16,995 nucleotides of DNA, from UHGV virus genome UHGV-1578124; one strand, 5' to 3'. A program made the translations under genes and the position numbers. Positions 14,261 to 16,995 of the stretch are shown one piece after another (the first letter of the stretch is position 1; the number at the start of each line of letters is the position of its first letter). Source of the DNA: a virus. A model generated the notes under the pieces. It saw only the letters and a list, made by a program, of their open reading frames with translations, was not told the DNA's origin and did not search any database.

Positions 14261-14336
14261 GGGATGTAGTTTACATGGTTAAAACATAAGTTTTGCAAAC
14301 TTAAGTACAGGGTTCAATTCCCTGCTTCTCCACCAA
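14261..14336 (+). tRNA. tRNA-Ala (anticodon TGC)
   Basis: Acceptor GGGGATG/CTTCTCC with a G3-U70 wobble (the known Ala identity pair); D-stem GTTT/AAAC; anticodon stem TAAGT/ACTTA, loop TTTGCAA; T-arm CAGGG-TTCAATT-CCCTG; discriminator A; CCA. Confidence 0.85.
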
Positions 14337-14342
14337 TTAGTG

Positions 14343-14417
14343 CATCCATAGTTTAAACGGGAAAATTACAGTCTTCCAAACTGAGGTTGAGGGTTCGATT
14401 CCCTCTGGATGCTCCAA
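14343..14417 (+). tRNA. tRNA-Gly (anticodon TCC)
   Basis: Acceptor GCATCCA/TGGATGC (perfect); anticodon loop CTTCCAA; T-arm GAGGG-TTCGATT-CCCTC; discriminator U (as in Gly tRNAs); CCA. Confidence 0.85.
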
Positions 14418-14423
14418 ATAATG

Positions 14424-14500
14424 CTGCTTTCGTATAATTGGCTATTACACATCCCTTGTAAGGATGGAGATGCGGGTTCAAGTCCTGTGAGCAGCACCAA
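14424..14500 (+). tRNA. tRNA-Thr (anticodon TGT)
   Basis: Acceptor GCTGCTT/GAGCAGC; anticodon stem CATCC/GGATG, loop CTTGTAA; T-loop TTCAAGT; discriminator A; CCA. Confidence 0.8.
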
Positions 14501-14504
14501 TTTG

Positions 14505-14588
14505 AGGTCAAGTGAAAGGCCGCTTGAGTCAACTGAGACCGTAGCAAATTCCACGGAGTTGAGTTAGCGGCACAACTTCAGACCTCTT
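14505..14588 (+). ncRNA. nested-helix structured element between tRNA-Thr and tRNA-Val
   Basis: Closing helix GAGGTC (14505-10) / GACCTC (14583-88), second helix GCCGC/GCGGC, internal direct repeat TTGAGT x2; followed by a CTTTTAAAG motif. Confidence 0.4.
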
Positions 14589-14594
14589 TTAAAG

Positions 14595-14669
14595 CTCGCT
14601 TAGTTTATACGGTAAAGCCCCATCCTTACAAGTTGGTGAAGAAGGTTCAAGTCCTTCAGCGAGTACCAA
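14595..14669 (+). tRNA. tRNA-Val (anticodon TAC)
   Basis: Acceptor GCTCGCT/AGCGAGT; D-stem GTTT/AAGC; anticodon stem CCATC/GTTGG, loop CTTACAA; T-arm GAAGG-TTCAAGT-CCTTC; discriminator A; CCA. Confidence 0.8.
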
Positions 14670-14670
14670 G

Positions 14671-14748
14671 TTCCAGTATCCCAATTGGCAGAGGATGCAA
14701 GCTCAAACCTTGTATTAGTGACGGTTCGAATCCGTCTTGGAACACCAA
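14671..14748 (+). tRNA. tRNA with anticodon CAA (Leu codon UUG), type I
   Basis: Acceptor GTTCCAG/TTGGAAC; anticodon stem GCAAG/CTTGT, loop CTCAAAC; T-arm GACGG-TTCGAAT-CCGTC; discriminator A; CCA; 75 nt. Confidence 0.6.
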
Positions 14749-14762
14749 ATTAGGAGATTCCT

Positions 14763-14975
14763 ATGAAGCCTTATGGTAGACATGGTAAAGTTGAAATTGC
14801 AAGTTGTGGTTGCTGTGCTTCTCACGATGGTGAAGAAGATTACTACAAGTGGCGTACAGACCATCGTAGACGCTTTCTCAGAAGAGATAAGAAGAAAGCT
14901 AGACAGGAATCTCAAAAGAATATTGCAGAATTAGTTCAAACGGATAGAGCAGCAGCCTACGAAGTTGTTTGTTAG
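14763..14975 (+). CDS. small basic cysteine-containing protein (70 aa)
   Basis: AGGAG 5 nt upstream of ATG; contains C-G-C-C; its last ~17 codons run through the 5' two-thirds of tRNA-Arg(ACG), so the true 3' end is uncertain. Confidence 0.45.
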   Translation: MKPYGRHGKVEIASCGCCASHDGEEDYYKWRTDHRRRFLRRDKKKARQESQKNIAELVQTDRAAAYEVVC

Positions 14976-15001
14976 GGGTTCGAATCCCTTATTCTGCACC
15001 A
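14925..15001 (+). tRNA. tRNA-Arg (anticodon ACG)
   Basis: Acceptor GCAGAAT/ATTCTGC (perfect); D-stem GTTC/GAGC; anticodon stem GCAGC/GTTGT, loop CTACGAA; T-arm AGGGG-TTCGAAT-CCCTT; discriminator A; CCA. Confidence 0.85.
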
Positions 15002-15019
15002 ATTTTAGAAGGTAATTAT

Positions 15020-15247
15020 ATGCGTAAACTCATTATTGAAAGGCATAAAGATGCTGACAAGATTGCAACAACACAAGTTGGGGACACTGACTTCATTCTT
15101 GTAGGTTGGAAATGTGACCCAATAGCAGTTATGAAGGTTGTTCATGGTTTTGCAGGAATTGAATTTAATCAAATCATATTTGAAACGCTATTACCAGAAA
15201 ATCAGGATACGTGTAATAACGCATATGTCCTGACAAGAGTTCGTTAG
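15020..15247 (+). CDS. small protein (75 aa), paralog of 15292-15519
   Basis: AGAAGG ~7 nt upstream of ATG (MRKLIIERH...); the track ORF starts earlier inside the tRNA. Shares blocks with the next gene (GDT-FI-VGWK-DP, FAG-E, QVIFET-LPEN-DTCNNAY-LTRV). Confidence 0.65.
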   Translation: MRKLIIERHKDADKIATTQVGDTDFILVGWKCDPIAVMKVVHGFAGIEFNQIIFETLLPENQDTCNNAYVLTRVR

Positions 15248-15273
15248 GGGTTCGAATCCCTTATTCTGCACCA
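15244..15273 (+). pseudogene. tRNA 3' fragment (T-arm + acceptor 3' strand + CCA)
   Basis: A 31-nt stretch (GTTAGGGGTTCGAATCCCTTATTCTGCACCA, from 15243) is identical to the 3' end of tRNA-Arg(ACG) at 14971-15001; no matching 5' acceptor strand, D-arm or anticodon arm upstream. Confidence 0.65.
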
Positions 15274-15291
15274 AATTTAAAAGGGTAACTT

Positions 15292-15519
15292 ATGTTTAAA
15301 CTCATAGTTGAAAAACACCCAGAAGATGACAAGCTTGAAACAGGGAGATTTGGAGATACTTTCTTTATCAGAGTTGGCTGGAAAGCTGACCCATTAGAAG
15401 TTAGAAAGATTGTCTACAACTTTGCTGGTTTGGAATTAAAGCAAGTCATCTTTGAAACAATGTTGCCAGAAAATAAAGATACATGCAATAACGCATATAT
15501 TCTTACAAGAGTTAGTTAG
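15292..15519 (+). CDS. small protein (75 aa), paralog of 15020-15247
   Basis: AAAGGG upstream of ATG; stop codon TAG (15517-19) overlaps the first nucleotides of tRNA-Gln(TTG). Confidence 0.65.
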   Translation: MFKLIVEKHPEDDKLETGRFGDTFFIRVGWKADPLEVRKIVYNFAGLELKQVIFETMLPENKDTCNNAYILTRVS

Positions 15520-15593
15520 GGGATTAGTTTACAAGGTTAAAACCTCGGTCTTTGAAATCGAAGAAGTTGGTTCAATTCCAACATCCCCCGCCA
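15518..15593 (+). tRNA. tRNA-Gln (anticodon TTG)
   Basis: Acceptor AGGGGAT/ATCCCCC with unpaired 1-72; D-stem GTTT/AAAC; anticodon stem TCGGT/ATCGA, loop CTTTGAA; T-arm GTTGG-TTCAATT-CCAAC; discriminator G; CCA. Confidence 0.75.
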
Positions 15594-15595
15594 AT

Positions 15596-15674
15596 GCTCC
15601 ATTACTCCAATTGGCAGAGAGGCCAGACTTAAAATCTGTGTTATGTATCGGTTCGAATCCGATATGGAGTACCA
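15596..15674 (+). tRNA. tRNA with anticodon TAA (Leu codon UUA), type I
   Basis: Acceptor GCTCCAT/ATGGAGT; anticodon stem CAGA/TCTG, loop CTTAAAA; T-arm ATCGG-TTCGAAT-CCGAT; discriminator A; CCA; 76 nt with a 7-nt variable region. Confidence 0.6.
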
Positions 15675-15680
15675 AATATT

Positions 15681-15756
15681 AGCAGTGTAGCATAACTGGC
15701 AATGCTCCAGCCTCTGAAGCTGAAAGATTAAGGTTCAAATCCTTACGCTGCTGCCA
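15681..15756 (+). tRNA. tRNA-Gln (anticodon CTG)
   Basis: Acceptor AGCAGTG/CGCTGCT; D-stem GCAT/ATGC; anticodon loop CTCTGAA; T-arm TAAGG-TTCAAAT-CCTTA; discriminator G; CCA. Confidence 0.75.
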
Positions 15757-15787
15757 CTTCTAAGGGTTCTTACGAGAGTCCTTAAAT

Positions 15788-15864
15788 GTGGCCTTATCAT
15801 AAACGGATAATGACCCATGCTGTGAACATGGTCTATACGGGTTCGATTCCCGTAGGTCACCCCA
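15788..15864 (+). tRNA. tRNA-His (anticodon GTG)
   Basis: Acceptor GTGGCCT/AGGTCAC; D-stem TCAT/ATGA; anticodon stem CCATG/CATGG, loop CTGTGAA; T-arm ACGGG-TTCGATT-CCCGT; discriminator C; CCA. Position -1 is T, not the usual encoded G. Confidence 0.8.
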
Positions 15865-15871
15865 ATTCAAT

Positions 15872-15947
15872 AGCTCAATTAGCTTATATGGTTAAAGCGC
15901 GTGTCTGAAAAACATGAGAACAGGGTTCAAATCCCGATGGGCTACCA
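15872..15947 (+). tRNA. tRNA-Phe (anticodon GAA)
   Basis: Acceptor AGCTCAA/ATGGGCT; anticodon stem CGTGT/ACATG, loop CTGAAAA; T-loop TTCAAAT with a weak 3-4 bp T-stem; discriminator A; CCA. Confidence 0.65.
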
Positions 15948-15963
15948 ATTTTATAGGTGCATA

Positions 15964-16698
15964 ATGAAAGAGATGACAGGACAAGGTAAAGAGATTTTCA
16001 GTCTCCTTAAATCCGGTAACGGGTTCTCTAACCCTCTTATTACTGGTGCAGCAGTTCTTGGTGGTACAGTTGCCGCTTCTCAGTCATTAGTAACTTCTAT
16101 TGGTTCTGTATCAGACCCAGCTACCCAGCAAATTCTTATTGCTGCTGGCTTGACAACTGCCTTACTAAGCAGCTTTACAACAAGCCTTGGTAGCACCACT
16201 TCAACGACAACCACTTTAACTGACTATGGACAGAAGTCTGTAGATGAGTTTTCACAACGTATGCAAGTAGCTAAAGGTTACTCTAACGTTATGGGAGCAG
16301 CAGGTGAACAAGTCGGTTGTACACCGTTTAGTGGAATCATGGGAGTTGCTACAGAGTACGGTAACAAAGCTATGGATTTGATTAATACATCCATAGACGC
16401 TGTAAATGGCGTTCTAAGCGATTTACAAGATGCGATTGATAAAGGACTAGACACCATCTCTGAACTCGCTACACAGGCTGTTACAGTGATTAATGAGGGT
16501 ATGGCAAAGATTACCGCCTACGCTAATGAAGTGGCTCAGATGATTGCAGATGAAGCAGCCCTGATTGCTGACTACCTTAAAACGAATATTAATGGTTTTC
16601 TTGCTAATGTCTTACCAGATTGGTTTGATGATGCTTGTAAAACTGGTGTGATTGATACAATCGCAACTCCAGAGATGAAAGATGCTCTAAACAAATAA
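15964..16698 (+). CDS. hypothetical Ser/Thr/Ala/Gly-rich protein (244 aa)
   Basis: The track ORF starts at 15901 inside tRNA-Phe. First ATG after the tRNA (MKEMTGQ...) has AGGTG 4 nt upstream. Confidence 0.6.
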   Translation: MKEMTGQGKEIFSLLKSGNGFSNPLITGAAVLGGTVAASQSLVTSIGSVSDPATQQILIAAGLTTALLSSFTTSLGSTTSTTTTLTDYGQKSVDEFSQRMQVAKGYSNVMGAAGEQVGCTPFSGIMGVATEYGNKAMDLINTSIDAVNGVLSDLQDAIDKGLDTISELATQAVTVINEGMAKITAYANEVAQMIADEAALIADYLKTNINGFLANVLPDWFDDACKTGVIDTIATPEMKDALNK

Positions 16699-16701
16699 TT
16701 T

Positions 16702-16794
16702 GGAAGATTAACCCTAAAAGGTAAGGGAGTAGTTTGCTAAACTGCCAGTAACCGAGAAATCGGCGTACCAGTTCAAGTCTGGTATCTTCCTCCA
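16702..16794 (+). tRNA. tRNA-Ser (anticodon GCT), type II
   Basis: Acceptor GGAAGAT/ATCTTCC (perfect); D-stem CCC/GGG; anticodon stem GTAGT/ACTGC, loop TTGCTAA; variable-arm hairpin CCGA-GAAA-TCGG; T-arm ACCAG-TTCAAGT-CTGGT; discriminator U; CCA. Confidence 0.8.
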
Positions 16795-16801
16795 AATTAA
16801 T

Positions 16802-16878
16802 GTGTCGGTGGCAGAAATGGATTATGCGCCTGTCTGCAAAACAGGTATATAAGGGTTCAAGTCCCTTCCGATACTCCA
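16802..16878 (+). tRNA. tRNA-Cys (anticodon GCA)
   Basis: Acceptor GTGTCGG/CCGATAC; anticodon stem CCTGT/ACAGG, loop CTGCAAA; T-arm AAGGG-TTCAAGT-CCCTT; discriminator U (as in Cys tRNAs); CCA. Confidence 0.8.
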
Positions 16879-16911
16879 ATTTAAATAATATCTCTCTCAA
16901 AGTTATTATAT

Positions 16912-16970
16912 GCCCTGCTATGAGTATTCTCCCTTTCGCTACCGGAGAGTATTTTTAGACAGGGCTTTTT
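16912..16970 (+). terminator. candidate intrinsic terminator closing the tRNA array
   Basis: Outer stem GCCCTG (16912-17) / CAGGGC (16959-64), inner stem TCTCC/GGAGA, followed by TTTTTT (16965-70). Confidence 0.5.
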
Positions 16971-16995
16971 TGTAGAGTTATACTTTATGGGAAGA

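Noticed and set aside
14353-14554. Two overlapping minus-strand ORFs (62 and 64 aa)
   Set aside because: They are antisense to tRNA-Gly and tRNA-Thr, have no ribosome-binding site, and oppose the direction of the array.
14715-14915. Minus-strand ORF of 66 aa
   Set aside because: Antisense to the CAA tRNA and to the better-supported plus-strand small gene at 14763.
15452-15682. Plus-strand ORF of 76 aa
   Set aside because: Overlaps the 3' end of the paralog gene in another frame and then runs through tRNA-Gln(TTG) and the TAA tRNA.
16604-16900. Minus-strand ORF of 98 aa
   Set aside because: Antisense to tRNA-Ser(GCT) and tRNA-Cys and to the end of the 15964-16698 gene.
1-16995. CRISPR array
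   Set aside because: The repeats in 1-1462 are 6-18 bp and phased at about 10 bp, not 25-40 bp repeats with unique 30-40 bp spacers; the tRNA-spacer elements differ in sequence and have covarying stems.

Overview
This window looks like part of a large tailed-phage genome, read entirely from sequence (no searches or folding tools were run). It has four parts. (1) 1-1462 is a 1.4 kb non-coding region dense in phased short repeats, with no ORF of 60 codons or more. (2) 1463-9308 is a block of 17 minus-strand genes in four operon-like units, each ended by a hairpin plus U-tract terminator; it includes a GH24 lysozyme and a protein with two Ig-like domains, and most others are hypothetical. (3) 9309-11568 is a divergent control region followed by two plus-strand genes, the second a vWA-domain protein. 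(4) 11734-16878 is a tRNA super-array: I hand-folded 27 tRNA genes and one tRNA 3' fragment, almost all with an encoded CCA. Between the tRNAs sit non-tRNA structured elements, small protein genes and sigma70-like promoters. The most interesting signal is a family of four spacer elements (E1-E4) sharing a bulged two-helix closing stem with compensatory base changes; E4 carries a tRNA-like insert in permuted order. All tRNA identities and coordinates are manual and should be confirmed with tRNAscan-SE or ARAGORN.
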